From a virus, in the IMG/VR virus record IMGVR_UViG_3300030106_005394, positions 1 through 64,000 of that record: DNA of 64,000 nucleotides. The stretch is one strand, 5' to 3'. The position numbers and the translations under genes are program-made. The notes under the pieces are model-generated. The model worked only from the letters and a program-made list of their open reading frames with translations. It was not told where the DNA came from and did not search any database. Below are positions 24,319 to 34,077 of the stretch, one piece after another. Numbering within the stretch: position 1 is the first letter of the stretch; each line of letters begins with the position of its first letter.

Positions 24319-26325
24319 ATGGCACTAACAGACATCACGGGCGCACAAACAAGCGCCAACACCACAGACGGTGGTCTGGTAAAAGGTGGCAGTTTACCTC
24401 GCATTGTGAAGGTGGACTCCAGTACCGGATGCACCTTAACGCGAGCACAGGTCAAGGGCTTAACCCCTAATGACTTTGCGGCATTAGCCAATAAGGAGAC
24501 CGATCTCGCACGAGTAATCGCAAATGCAGCCGAAGCTAAGGCTCTCGGCGTTGAGGAACGTGGGCTTACTACTTTGCTTACTTCCTCAGTAACCAATATT
24601 AAGCCTCTGATTAATAAGGTCAATGTAGCCGAGCAGTCACTTATACTGCCTTACATTCAGCGCCGTCAGAAGAGCGTAATCAATGCCAACTACTTCATTG
24701 TTACTGGCGGCGGCTATGCTTCATCTGAAACGCTATCGACCTATAAGGCAATGTCCGCCCCCAGCTCAACTGGTCAAGGCGAGCATGGTCAAGCTGCAAG
24801 TTCACTCCGTAATGGAGATTGGCGAGTAGACGTTAGCTTGGGTAACTCCGACTGGAAATCCCCAATCACTAACATCGAACGCTATTTCCTTCCGGGTTCT
24901 TATGTAGTAATCTCAGGCTGGCGCACAGACGCTGAAGGAACAACCACTGGTGGTTCTGACGCTTTCGACTCACAGTTTGAAGTTATTGGCGCAAAACAAA
25001 AATCTGGCACAACTGACGAAGCTCAATTGCTTTTACGTCCAGTTGGTCGTGACGTTGACCATGATGGCTCCACCTTTAGTGGATCTACTCACAACCTATC
25101 ACACTACCAGCCAGAGTTTGGCGTACTGCAGACTGTTGCAAATAACGTAAACGACTACGAGGCATGGTGCTACAACCAGCCAACCGACCTGTCGATGCGT
25201 CTTATTGTCAACTGGTTGCAAACCACACGTGAGTCCCGCATTGTAAACCAAGAGTACAAGGAAACCCTAGCCAAGATTATGGATGGCAAGGTTAATCCTT
25301 TCCTTAATAGTATGGTCTACAATCCTCTTGCAGAGCAGAACCGCATTGCGGCTCAAGTCTCACAAGATCAGTGGACACGTGCAACTTGGTACAATCAGCC
25401 TATCAGCTCTGAGCAGACCCCAGAAGGTTATATGAACCTGCCTGCGGTTACTGACCCAGAGGATAGCTCCTGTACTCTTGAGTATAAGGCTCAGGCATTG
25501 GGTATTAAAACCCTTCTGTATGAGGGCAACAGAATCAAAGATAATCTCGGTAATCCTCTCAACTTGGATTCCGTGTTTGGCGATCTGTACTACCTCAAGC
25601 GCAATCGTGAGCAGGATGGTGATCGCGTAAGCGTCATCGACTGTATGACAGACCGCATTACGGCAAACCTCATCTTTGAGGCCATGAACAACTACTACAA
25701 AACTAAGTATAGTTGGGACGTTACCCGTAATGTTGATATTAACCAGAAAATTACTCATGACGGCATCGTTCTGTTTAATTACAATCTGTATGATATCCCT
25801 GAGGTCGGCGTTCAGTTAGCTGTATTCCATGACCCATTCTTCGATGACCTCGTCAACGTAACGAGTGGATACAATGGAACTGGCTATGACAGTGACCGCC
25901 CAGAAAGCCGCTCACGTGCGTTATGGTTCCTTGATTGGTCCGATATTAAGATCGGTGTCGCTGGAACCAATTCAGTTACTCGCAAGAGCCCTAACCCTGA
26001 TATTGATCGCTTATACCGCTGTCGTATGGATTCGGTTGAGCGCGAATACAGCCTACGTTCAACGAAATGGACAACTATGGTAGATCGCCCTCACCGTCAC
26101 CTCATCATCGAAAACTTCGCTGAGGATATCCGTGTGACCGCTAAAGGTCCTAACCAATACAGCGCCATGACTGGAACTACCGATAGCACTACTGCTGGTA
26201 TCTATAGTTCCGCTGGTAGCCTTACCTACACAGCTCCTGTTCTGGACAGCTTCTCTGCTGACTCCACAGATGCTGATGAAGGTGGTACCGCTCAAGGTGG
26301 TGGATCACAGGATACGACCGCATAA
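24319..26325 (+). CDS. Major capsid protein (putative)
   Basis: Position after scaffold, own AT-rich leader, codon style of a highly expressed gene, 3' hairpin; LAVFHDPFF and WFLDW segments fit an HK97-type A domain. Confidence 0.75.
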   Translation: MALTDITGAQTSANTTDGGLVKGGSLPRIVKVDSSTGCTLTRAQVKGLTPNDFAALANKETDLARVIANAAEAKALGVEERGLTTLLTSSVTNIKPLINKVNVAEQSLILPYIQRRQKSVINANYFIVTGGGYASSETLSTYKAMSAPSSTGQGEHGQAASSLRNGDWRVDVSLGNSDWKSPITNIERYFLPGSYVVISGWRTDAEGTTTGGSDAFDSQFEVIGAKQKSGTTDEAQLLLRPVGRDVDHDGSTFSGSTHNLSHYQPEFGVLQTVANNVNDYEAWCYNQPTDLSMRLIVNWLQTTRESRIVNQEYKETLAKIMDGKVNPFLNSMVYNPLAEQNRIAAQVSQDQWTRATWYNQPISSEQTPEGYMNLPAVTDPEDSSCTLEYKAQALGIKTLLYEGNRIKDNLGNPLNLDSVFGDLYYLKRNREQDGDRVSVIDCMTDRITANLIFEAMNNYYKTKYSWDVTRNVDINQKITHDGIVLFNYNLYDIPEVGVQLAVFHDPFFDDLVNVTSGYNGTGYDSDRPESRSRALWFLDWSDIKIGVAGTNSVTRKSPNPDIDRLYRCRMDSVEREYSLRSTKWTTMVDRPHRHLIIENFAEDIRVTAKGPNQYSAMTGTTDSTTAGIYSSAGSLTYTAPVLDSFSADSTDADEGGTAQGGGSQDTTA

Positions 26326-26342
26326 TAATTCATCCCGTAACA

Positions 26343-26395
26343 TAGTCCGCCTGCTGGAGGGGTTCTTCGGAGCCCCGCCAGCGGGTCTTGGGCTA
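26343..26395 (+). other. Long UUCG-capped stem-loop after the capsid gene
   Basis: CCUGCUGG-A-GGGGUUC-UUCG-GAGCCCC-G-CCAGCGGG plus outer stem; no U tail. Confidence 0.75.
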
Positions 26396-26405
26396 AGATT
26401 ATGTT

Positions 26406-26711
26406 ATGCCTTATTTATATACGGAACGAGCAAATGCGAACTTCGGGATTAAAGGCCTGAAGTTTGAGTCGCATCTACAGGGGAGGACTTGGATTGGTTT
26501 TGCAAAGGCAAATCAAGCAGTCGCAGATCAAGCTAAGAACTATCCCCAGATCAAAGAGATAACCGAAGAAGAGTACGAGAGATTAAAAAAAAACGCAAAG
26601 CTTCGGTCTCCGGAATTCGTAACATCAATGGTGGATCCAAGCAAACCAATACATGCTCAGTCTGTGGTGGCTGAACAACAGACGGCAGAGGAGCTGTTGA
26701 TGGTAGAATGA
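26406..26711 (+). CDS. Hypothetical protein
   Basis: 101 aa ORF after the capsid gene. Confidence 0.7.
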   Translation: MPYLYTERANANFGIKGLKFESHLQGRTWIGFAKANQAVADQAKNYPQIKEITEEEYERLKKNAKLRSPEFVTSMVDPSKPIHAQSVVAEQQTAEELLMVE

Positions 26712-26932
26712 ATGATACAGCAGTGTTAGGCGTACAAATATTGACAGGAGTTTTAGTTGGAGCACTTGGCTTTACTATTAAGCTTGGATTTGAGGCCATA
26801 CAGAAAAACGAAGATAGGATTAACGAATTAGAGAAGGATGTGTCTGGTTTAAGGGAAAGGAGTAAGAGTATTTTCCAGAGGCTAGACAGCATTGAACAGA
26901 AGTTGGACAAACTACTAGATAGGGAGGTATGA
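26708..26932 (+). CDS. Single-TM coiled-coil protein (holin-like)
   Basis: N-terminal TM plus RLDSIEQKLDKL heptads. Confidence 0.65.
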   Translation: MNDTAVLGVQILTGVLVGALGFTIKLGFEAIQKNEDRINELEKDVSGLRERSKSIFQRLDSIEQKLDKLLDREV

Positions 26933-26933
26933 T

Positions 26934-27374
26934 ATGTTATCGGGACCGATACTTAACACAATGATTGGCGCTGGCATTAAGTTGGGCGCTAATGTTGTAA
27001 ATGGATGGCTCGCCGCAAGGGAAGAGCAGCAGCGAATAATAGCCGCACGGGACAAGCAGATGTTTGATGCGGCAGTGCAACAGCAAAAGGACAACGCTAA
27101 AGATCCATTCGTAAAAGTCACAAGGCGCATGCTATTCATGAGCCTAACAATGACATATTGCTTTCTATTAATATACTACGCAATGAACCCGAACATTGAG
27201 TATGACGTCATCATGCCCAAGACAGGAGCAGACGGCGGCATATTCTCATTCATATTTGGCCCAGCCAAGGAATTCCATGTAGTCAAACTAACTGGAGGCT
27301 TGCTCCTTATGTCATTTATTGATTTGATGTTTATGGTAGTAGGGTTCTACGCAATACCTTCAAAAAAACGATGA
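26934..27374 (+). CDS. Putative holin (multi-TM)
   Basis: GGAGG RBS; DPFV..TRR then TM; C-terminal TM ending GFY and a basic tail. Confidence 0.6.
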   Translation: MLSGPILNTMIGAGIKLGANVVNGWLAAREEQQRIIAARDKQMFDAAVQQQKDNAKDPFVKVTRRMLFMSLTMTYCFLLIYYAMNPNIEYDVIMPKTGADGGIFSFIFGPAKEFHVVKLTGGLLLMSFIDLMFMVVGFYAIPSKKR

Positions 27375-28282
27375 ACTGGGGACAATTCAAAGAAGCTGTA
27401 AGAACTTACCTTTTGGTGGATGCCCAAAGGAAAGGAAGAGGTGTACAGAAGTACATTAACCAACTGATGCGCTCTGCGATCATAGACCTACAGCGTTATG
27501 TACCAGAGCTGCGAGCCACGACAATTGAAAGCTATAGGTCTAATGATATAGTAACTGACTGGAGTTCAACAAAGCAGTACGCCTTTGGTGATATAGTCAC
27601 AAAAAGAAACCTTTCCGTAAACTCAAAGTATGGAGCACAATCTTATCAAGCCATCAGAGGAAGTGATGACGCAATCACCCAGCCGCCATTAGGCTCTGAC
27701 CCAGAGACATCTTCTTACTGGGCTAAAGCAAATGTGCTGGCCCCAACAGAAGAAGGCGCCCATGAGGGAAGCTTTGACAAACAGTTCTCAATGGTTGATA
27801 GGGTTTACATAAGACAGTTCCCTATGGAGGGAGTAAATACCTTAGATAAAAGCGCATATCATCCAGTCAGGCAGATAGATTGGGACGACAGAGCTTTACT
27901 TTTGGATGGAAAGACTCCTCACAGAACAATATCATTTGGAGATGATGGGTTTATTTATGCTCCCCAGTTAGCCAAGGACGAGAAGTTACTTATTGAGTGG
28001 AGGGGCGAGAAGCATTTCGATACACCTGATTACTTTGAAACTACTAGGGATACCGAGGAGGTAGTATTTGATGAGCGTGAGGCTAAGGCCGTTGCGGAGT
28101 ACATTAAGGCGCATCTACAGCGTGAGGTCGATAAAGATTTAAATATGTACAAGTCTCACTCCACGCAATACCAGAAGGAGCGTCAGGAGATTTACAGAGA
28201 GCGAAGGGAGTACAAGCCAACCAGCCTAACTAATCCATACCCCGTATCTACCGCAACAGTTGGGCCATACCAAGTGAATTAA
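27371..28282 (+). CDS. Putative head-tail adaptor
   Basis: N- and C-terminal helical segments typical of adaptors, with an inserted W.STKQY..GDIV carbohydrate-binding-like module. Confidence 0.55.
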   Translation: MNWGQFKEAVRTYLLVDAQRKGRGVQKYINQLMRSAIIDLQRYVPELRATTIESYRSNDIVTDWSSTKQYAFGDIVTKRNLSVNSKYGAQSYQAIRGSDDAITQPPLGSDPETSSYWAKANVLAPTEEGAHEGSFDKQFSMVDRVYIRQFPMEGVNTLDKSAYHPVRQIDWDDRALLLDGKTPHRTISFGDDGFIYAPQLAKDEKLLIEWRGEKHFDTPDYFETTRDTEEVVFDEREAKAVAEYIKAHLQREVDKDLNMYKSHSTQYQKERQEIYRERREYKPTSLTNPYPVSTATVGPYQVN

Positions 28283-28283
28283 G

Positions 28284-29144
28284 ATGACCACAGATACAAC
28301 AACTAGGGATTTATTGAAGTCATACTTTCAGTATGGCGACACTCCAACGGAGGCACAGTTTGCCGATTTAATTAATAAGCTAGCTACAGTAGTTGAACTA
28401 CAAGCAGAAGAGGATGCAAGGATTGCAGCCGATACCGCAGAAACAAGCGCTAGGGTAGCAGCAGATAATGCACTTGATGCAAAGATAACATCAAATGACG
28501 CTGAGTTTTCAGCAATACACGCTCTACTTGGAACACTTTCCCTAGCGCAAAACCTAGGCACATTTACTGGCGGAACCATACCCGACTCTTCTACTGTAAA
28601 GTCTGCACTGCAGTCCATAGAGACATATATAGAGACCCTAGCAACAAGTGCTACAGTTTCTGGACATAACAGTAGGATAGCAAGCCTAGAGGCCAATATA
28701 GGGCTAGACAGCTTTACATTCGCGTGCTCAGCGGAGATAGGAAACGTCTCAACGGGAACTGTCTGTACATTTAGGATGCCTTATGACTATAGCCTAGTTG
28801 ATGTACGTGGAGCACTTACCTCAGCATCATCAAGTGGCAATACATCATTTACTGTTGCGGTAAATGGATCAAACGTCACAAACCAGATAGACCTAGGCGT
28901 TGGATCAAAGACTACATATTCAGCAGGAGCAGCAAGCTCACTTGTAGGCATAAATAGCTCACCCATTGGAATTACGATGGACTCAGAGATTACAGTTAGT
29001 GTTTCATCTGCTGGAACAGGAGCCTCTGGCCTCAAGGTAACTCTTGTCGGCTCCCTAGGCACGACAACAATAACATCCTCTGACGGGAACATAACATTCC
29101 CGATAACATTCCCATACGGAACCACTTTAACCACTATATCTTAA
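28284..29144 (+). CDS. Tail fibre / virion structural protein
   Basis: LKSYFQYGDTPTEAQFADLI anchor, EEDARIAAD coiled coil, C-terminal beta domain GLKVTL.G. Confidence 0.75.
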   Translation: MTTDTTTRDLLKSYFQYGDTPTEAQFADLINKLATVVELQAEEDARIAADTAETSARVAADNALDAKITSNDAEFSAIHALLGTLSLAQNLGTFTGGTIPDSSTVKSALQSIETYIETLATSATVSGHNSRIASLEANIGLDSFTFACSAEIGNVSTGTVCTFRMPYDYSLVDVRGALTSASSSGNTSFTVAVNGSNVTNQIDLGVGSKTTYSAGAASSLVGINSSPIGITMDSEITVSVSSAGTGASGLKVTLVGSLGTTTITSSDGNITFPITFPYGTTLTTIS

Positions 29145-29416
29145 TGCCACGGAAGAAGTCCAAGAGGAAGCCCGCTAAGGGCAAAAGATTCACTAAGGTA
29201 GTAAAAAACCCAAAGACGGGTCGCTCCCGAAAAGTATCTTATGGACAGGCAGGCAAAGCCAAGGGCGGAGGGGATAGAATCCGTCCGGGCACCAAGAAGG
29301 GTGATGCATACTGTGCACGCTCCGCAAAGATAAAGAAATGCAAGAACCCACCTTGCCCCAATGACCTTTCTCGTAAGAAGTGGAAATGCAGGGGTAAGAA
29401 ATCCATGAGGAAGTAG
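29144..29416 (+). CDS. Small basic protein (DUF6321-like)
   Basis: KVSYGQAG...GTKKGDAYCARS...KWKC. Confidence 0.75.
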   Translation: MPRKKSKRKPAKGKRFTKVVKNPKTGRSRKVSYGQAGKAKGGGDRIRPGTKKGDAYCARSAKIKKCKNPPCPNDLSRKKWKCRGKKSMRK

Positions 29417-29420
29417 GTCG

Positions 29421-30932
29421 ATGCCTATAAACCTCATAAACTCATACCGAATTCAAGTAGTCGGTTTGATTTCTGCCACAGCGGCAGGAGGTATTGCAGT
29501 TGGCGGTAGTGCTACGGCAAGCGCAATAGCCCCAGCTGTAGCATCGGCAAATATTTCACTTTCAGGATCAGCAACTGCATCAGTAGCAGTATCTGCACCA
29601 GCATCAGCAACAGGCAATGTAGTTTTAACTGGAGCGTCTTCCGCTACAGCCCAAGGCATAACATTAAGCCCATCGGCATCTGGTGGTATCGTTATGTCTG
29701 GATCAGCGACATCATCATCAAATACGAATGTCTTGGGAAGTGCAGCAGGGGGCATAATATTTACTGGCACTGGGTCCGCAACGGCAACTACTTCAATATC
29801 AGCAACTGCATCTGGTGGCATAGTCATAGGAGCATCAGCCACAGGAATTGCAAATATTCCAGTATCTGCAGTAGCGGCAGGAGGTATAGTTTTAACAGGA
29901 TCAACCGAATCTCCTACAGTAGAGTGCTGGCCACTAACATTCCCCATTACATTCCCAATCCCGTGTGGCGCTGGGAACATAACAGAATCCGCATCCGCAA
30001 GCGGGGGTATAGTATTAACAGGATCGGCTACAGCGAGCACATCATCGACAGCTTCAGCGGTAGCGGCAGGAGGTATTGTATTAACAGGATCGGCAGACGG
30101 AGCCGCACAGATGTCATCAACCGAAAACCCAGTAGCTACAGGCAATATAGTATTTGGTGGCAGTGCTACATCAACAACAAGCACAAACACTCCAGTATCT
30201 GCAGCGGCAACAGGTAACATAGTCATAGGAGGCTCCGCTACTGCAACAGCAATAACACAAGAAGGCCAAGTTGAAGCCTTAACTGATAAACTGCTCTGGC
30301 TGGACGCTGAAAGCATAACAGGCAAAACCGATGGTGATAGTGTATCAAGCTGGACATCAAGGCACAGTAGTAGCGTAAGCGCGAGCAATAGCACATCTAG
30401 CACCCAGCCAGTATACAGTACAAACGAAATCAACAGTCTGCCAGCAATTGACTTTAATGCTGATTATTTAGAGGTAGACTACGGCAGCAACACATCACAA
30501 CCATTGACCGCCTTTATCGTTTGCAAATACGATGTTACGAGTGGCGGCGGTAGTAATAACGCAATAGACGGACGCGACGACCCTAGCGGATACCGAGGTG
30601 TAAACTTCTCGATGCGTTCGACGGGCTGGGGTACATACGCAGGTAGTTCATGGGTCGCGCCAGCATCAGGTTCACCAGATACCAACTGGCACATATTTAC
30701 GATCCACCTCAATGGTGCCTCCTCAACAATTCGCAAGGATTCAAGCGCACACGCAAGTGGAAATCCGGGTTCGCAAGGTACTAACGGACAGATTCTTGGA
30801 ATGTGGAAAGGCAAAAACACCTCCTACTATATGAACGGAAAAATCGCTGAACTACTGATATTTGAAGGCACACTAAGCGACTCAAATCGTGATCTGTGTG
30901 AAGGCTACCTTGCGGGCAAATACAACCTCTAA
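29421..30932 (+). CDS. Virion protein with Ala/Ser/Gly repeats and a C-terminal LamG/concanavalin-like domain
   Basis: About 10 repeats of A.G(G/N)IV(L/I/F).GSA; LWLDA...VSSW...G.IAELLIF...LS. Confidence 0.8.
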   Translation: MPINLINSYRIQVVGLISATAAGGIAVGGSATASAIAPAVASANISLSGSATASVAVSAPASATGNVVLTGASSATAQGITLSPSASGGIVMSGSATSSSNTNVLGSAAGGIIFTGTGSATATTSISATASGGIVIGASATGIANIPVSAVAAGGIVLTGSTESPTVECWPLTFPITFPIPCGAGNITESASASGGIVLTGSATASTSSTASAVAAGGIVLTGSADGAAQMSSTENPVATGNIVFGGSATSTTSTNTPVSAAATGNIVIGGSATATAITQEGQVEALTDKLLWLDAESITGKTDGDSVSSWTSRHSSSVSASNSTSSTQPVYSTNEINSLPAIDFNADYLEVDYGSNTSQPLTAFIVCKYDVTSGGGSNNAIDGRDDPSGYRGVNFSMRSTGWGTYAGSSWVAPASGSPDTNWHIFTIHLNGASSTIRKDSSAHASGNPGSQGTNGQILGMWKGKNTSYYMNGKIAELLIFEGTLSDSNRDLCEGYLAGKYNL

Positions 30933-31186
30933 TGGCAAAGCAATACATACTGATCGACACTGTTTCTGAATGGGACGCTGCCAATCAACAGGCTGAAGAT
31001 GCACTAGGTATACCCAACGCCAATGCTGCTCAGTACGCAGAACGTCACACCATAGATAACCCTGACCACGCTGACTACGGCAAACACATACTGCCCGTAA
31101 TGGAGGAAGTAGCGCATCTATTCAACGGGCAAACACTTTTAAACAATCCAGATGGAGGGTGGTACACCGAAGAAGAAGGCCCTTGA
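30932..31186 (+). CDS. Hypothetical protein
   Basis: 84 aa, coupled to the upstream stop. Confidence 0.7.
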   Translation: MAKQYILIDTVSEWDAANQQAEDALGIPNANAAQYAERHTIDNPDHADYGKHILPVMEEVAHLFNGQTLLNNPDGGWYTEEEGP

Positions 31187-31211
31187 CACTATTAGCCAGA
31201 AGACATATTTT
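31183..31211 (+). promoter_or_regulatory. Putative sigma70 promoter
   Basis: TTGACA-N17-TATTTT; the -35 box contains the upstream TGA. Confidence 0.6.
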
Positions 31212-31242
31212 TTCCACATACTAACCGCAACCTTATTTTATC

Positions 31243-31875
31243 ATGGCCCACGCATCCGCACAACTTGAAGACCTACTAGGCGACTACCTTATGACCTCAA
31301 ACTCTGGCGGAAGTAGTCAGAGTACATATAGTAATACTAGTTATAGCACAAGCACTCTATCTAGTGTCTATACCTACTCAGACCTACAGGGCAACCTGAC
31401 CAGCCAGAACAGCAATAGCGCATACTACTTTCAGCTTGCACTAGCAACGGATTCCAGTCTGGCCGCAAGATTTGACACATTTACCGAGGTAAGTGGAAAT
31501 GGCTACACCAGAGTTCCTCTTGTTAGTACAACGCTAAATGGAGGTTCTGGAACAGGCATCGTATTTGCCCAAGGCACCTGTGATACCGCTGGATACGACC
31601 AAGGTAATTGTTCTGGCACATGGACAGCCAATACCGCTGGTGAATACAAGAATATTCAAGCTGTTTCATTCCCTCAGTCTTCTGGGGCTTGGAATAGTAG
31701 TAGTGCAATTCCTTATGCTGTCATTGTTTACAGTGAGGATGATGTGTCGCTAAGCAATAGCGCCGCATGGATTCCGCTCTTGGCAATGCCGATTGCAAGT
31801 GGAGGAGTTACGGTGTCTGGAACAAATACTACTGTCACGTTTGGCGTAGGCGACCTCAAGTACACAATAGCTTAA
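31243..31875 (+). CDS. Virion structural protein
   Basis: EVSGNGYTRV...FP..SGAW...F..GDL motifs common in phage tail/decoration proteins. Confidence 0.75.
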   Translation: MAHASAQLEDLLGDYLMTSNSGGSSQSTYSNTSYSTSTLSSVYTYSDLQGNLTSQNSNSAYYFQLALATDSSLAARFDTFTEVSGNGYTRVPLVSTTLNGGSGTGIVFAQGTCDTAGYDQGNCSGTWTANTAGEYKNIQAVSFPQSSGAWNSSSAIPYAVIVYSEDDVSLSNSAAWIPLLAMPIASGGVTVSGTNTTVTFGVGDLKYTIA

Positions 31876-31896
31876 CCTTGATACCCACAGCATCCC

Positions 31897-33891
31897 ATGG
31901 CTAACATAAACTTCGACACCTCCGTTACGGGGTGGACTGCTGCTAGTGGTAGTGCCACAGCAGTTCCAAGCTCCATCAGTAAGACTATGTTTGAGTCCAT
32001 GCTGACTGGGCTAACTCCACAATCAGACTTCTTCGACCGATCCATCGTAGTCAACGAGTCAGGCACAAGTACATATGACTTCCGAGTAGAGTCAGACAGT
32101 CAAACCCACGCTCTATTCGTTGACTCAAGTGCGGATACAGTTTTCATCAATACAGACGCAACAGTAGGCTTCCCAAGTGGAATGTCTGCATCTGACTTCC
32201 ATTTAGTTGGCAAGGGTAGTGCATTGTTTGTAGAGGATGGCACAGGTTCCCCAACGGAGTTACGAGTTCTGGACGCAACTGACAGTGGGGAGGCAAATAT
32301 CTTTGCACAAGCTACAGGCACTAGCAGTTATGGTAGATTGATCCTAAGGGGCACTGAAGGTGCGAGTATCGACCTTCAAGATACGGCCGAGACCAATGAT
32401 AGGCTTACTATAACAAATGAAGCAGGTAAGATTGATTTCGACATATACAACACATCCAATACTAAGGTTGCCGACCCCCTCCAGATCGACACCGCAACAG
32501 GTAACGTAGGTATCGGTGGAGCTGCTGCTACTTCTACGTATGAGCTAAAGGTGTATGGCAATACACAGATAGTCGGAGATAATTCTGCCAGTTCGACTGA
32601 ATTGATAATAACAGAATCTTCTGATACTGCAGCCATAATACTTGAAGGCACTACTGGCTCATCTCAGCACATAAGAACGCTAACAAGTGGACAGGCTGAG
32701 ATATTCCTTACTACCACAGCAGGAACTGTAGGGTCAGCCAACAACTCCCTCAATATCAGGGTTGATGGAACAAGCACGGACTTTCTTATATATGACTATG
32801 ACACCTCAGGTGGACATAGTAACGGCCAAGCATTCTTGGATGTAGACAACGCCACAACCAGCGTAGGTATCGGCGGAAATGCAGACACCAACTATCAACT
32901 AAAGGTAGTAGGTGACACATGGGCTTATGGTAAGCTTAGTATTGGAACTTCCAGTACGATAGCCGACAACCCATACCTGTTAGTGTTTTCTGCTTCTGAC
33001 ACTGACATTATAAGCGCAACTTCATCTGGGTCTACACTTACTGCTTCCGAATTTGGACTGGTAGTATCGGGAGATCCTGCTGGCCATATTGTTGCTGCTG
33101 TACGAGCCAATGACGCAAATGATGCTTTTATTGTAGCCGTACCAGATACAGTCGCAAGCGGAACAACTAGCCCCAACTGCGATAAGAGCGTATTTAGGGC
33201 CACCTACAATTCGGTTATAATCAACGAAGATAGCCGTGACGTAGACTTCCGAGTAGAGTCTGACGCCAACGCCAATATGCTAATTGTTGATGGCGGTCTT
33301 AACGCAGTAGGCATCGGCAATACTCCCCTAACAGGGTATGAGTTGACAGTTGACGGGCAGGTACTCATAGGTGCGAATGCACTTACGGGTACTGGTGCAA
33401 CTGCATCTACTTTTGCAAGCACATATGGGCCAAGCGGAACGAACCCTGCCGAGGTCATTATAACACAAGGCGCAGATTCCACAGGAACTACACTTTTAGT
33501 ACAAAGTAGTGCAGCCAACAATGACTCTACTTCTATAGATAACGCCACTATTTCCATCCAAGGCAACGGGGAACCATTGTTGCAACTTTATGACACCAAC
33601 GGGACTGGCAATATAACCCACATATATCACAAAGAGGATGCGTTTAATGTGGATTGGTCGATGACCAATGGGAGTACCGCATCTGGAGATACCCATAAGA
33701 TACTTAGGGCGACCTCAAGCCACGATCTCGCATTAACTGTTAATACTTCAGCAATGGGAGTTGGTACTGGGACAGCCCAGATGGGGGGACAGATGATAAA
33801 CTTTTACATAGATGGCAGTAACCTGAAGGTGCAATACGTTGCGGCTGACGGAACTACCACGACAACGGGAACGGTAGCTACACTAAGTTAA
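31897..33891 (+). CDS. Tail fibre protein
   Basis: Repeated NE....DFRVESD...LFVD and GNVGIG units; S/T/G-rich. Confidence 0.85.
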   Translation: MANINFDTSVTGWTAASGSATAVPSSISKTMFESMLTGLTPQSDFFDRSIVVNESGTSTYDFRVESDSQTHALFVDSSADTVFINTDATVGFPSGMSASDFHLVGKGSALFVEDGTGSPTELRVLDATDSGEANIFAQATGTSSYGRLILRGTEGASIDLQDTAETNDRLTITNEAGKIDFDIYNTSNTKVADPLQIDTATGNVGIGGAAATSTYELKVYGNTQIVGDNSASSTELIITESSDTAAIILEGTTGSSQHIRTLTSGQAEIFLTTTAGTVGSANNSLNIRVDGTSTDFLIYDYDTSGGHSNGQAFLDVDNATTSVGIGGNADTNYQLKVVGDTWAYGKLSIGTSSTIADNPYLLVFSASDTDIISATSSGSTLTASEFGLVVSGDPAGHIVAAVRANDANDAFIVAVPDTVASGTTSPNCDKSVFRATYNSVIINEDSRDVDFRVESDANANMLIVDGGLNAVGIGNTPLTGYELTVDGQVLIGANALTGTGATASTFASTYGPSGTNPAEVIITQGADSTGTTLLVQSSAANNDSTSIDNATISIQGNGEPLLQLYDTNGTGNITHIYHKEDAFNVDWSMTNGSTASGDTHKILRATSSHDLALTVNTSAMGVGTGTAQMGGQMINFYIDGSNLKVQYVAADGTTTTTGTVATLS

Positions 33892-34070
33892 TGAATAAGG
33901 ACGAAGTTGCGGAAAAAAAACAAGAACTGGAGGGACTACTCCGCCAAACACAGGATCAGCTCAAAGCACTAAGCACTCAAGAACAGAGAGTAATCGGCGC
34001 TTTGGCACTCCTGCAAGACATAGAGTCTGGCGCAGAGGAGAAACCACCAGTGAAGAGAGCTAAGAAGTAA
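33891..34070 (+). CDS. Small coiled-coil protein, possible fibre chaperone (not in ORF track)
   Basis: MNKDEVAEKKQELEGLLRQTQDQLKALSTQEQRVIGALALLQDIESGAEEKPPVKRAKK; TAATG overlap. Confidence 0.75.
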   Translation: MNKDEVAEKKQELEGLLRQTQDQLKALSTQEQRVIGALALLQDIESGAEEKPPVKRAKK

Positions 34071-34077
34071 TGCTTCA

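Noticed and set aside
29453-30433. 326-aa antisense ORF and many shorter antisense ORFs inside structural genes
   Set aside because: Shadow frames of Ala/Ser/Thr-biased coding on the plus strand; no independent signals.
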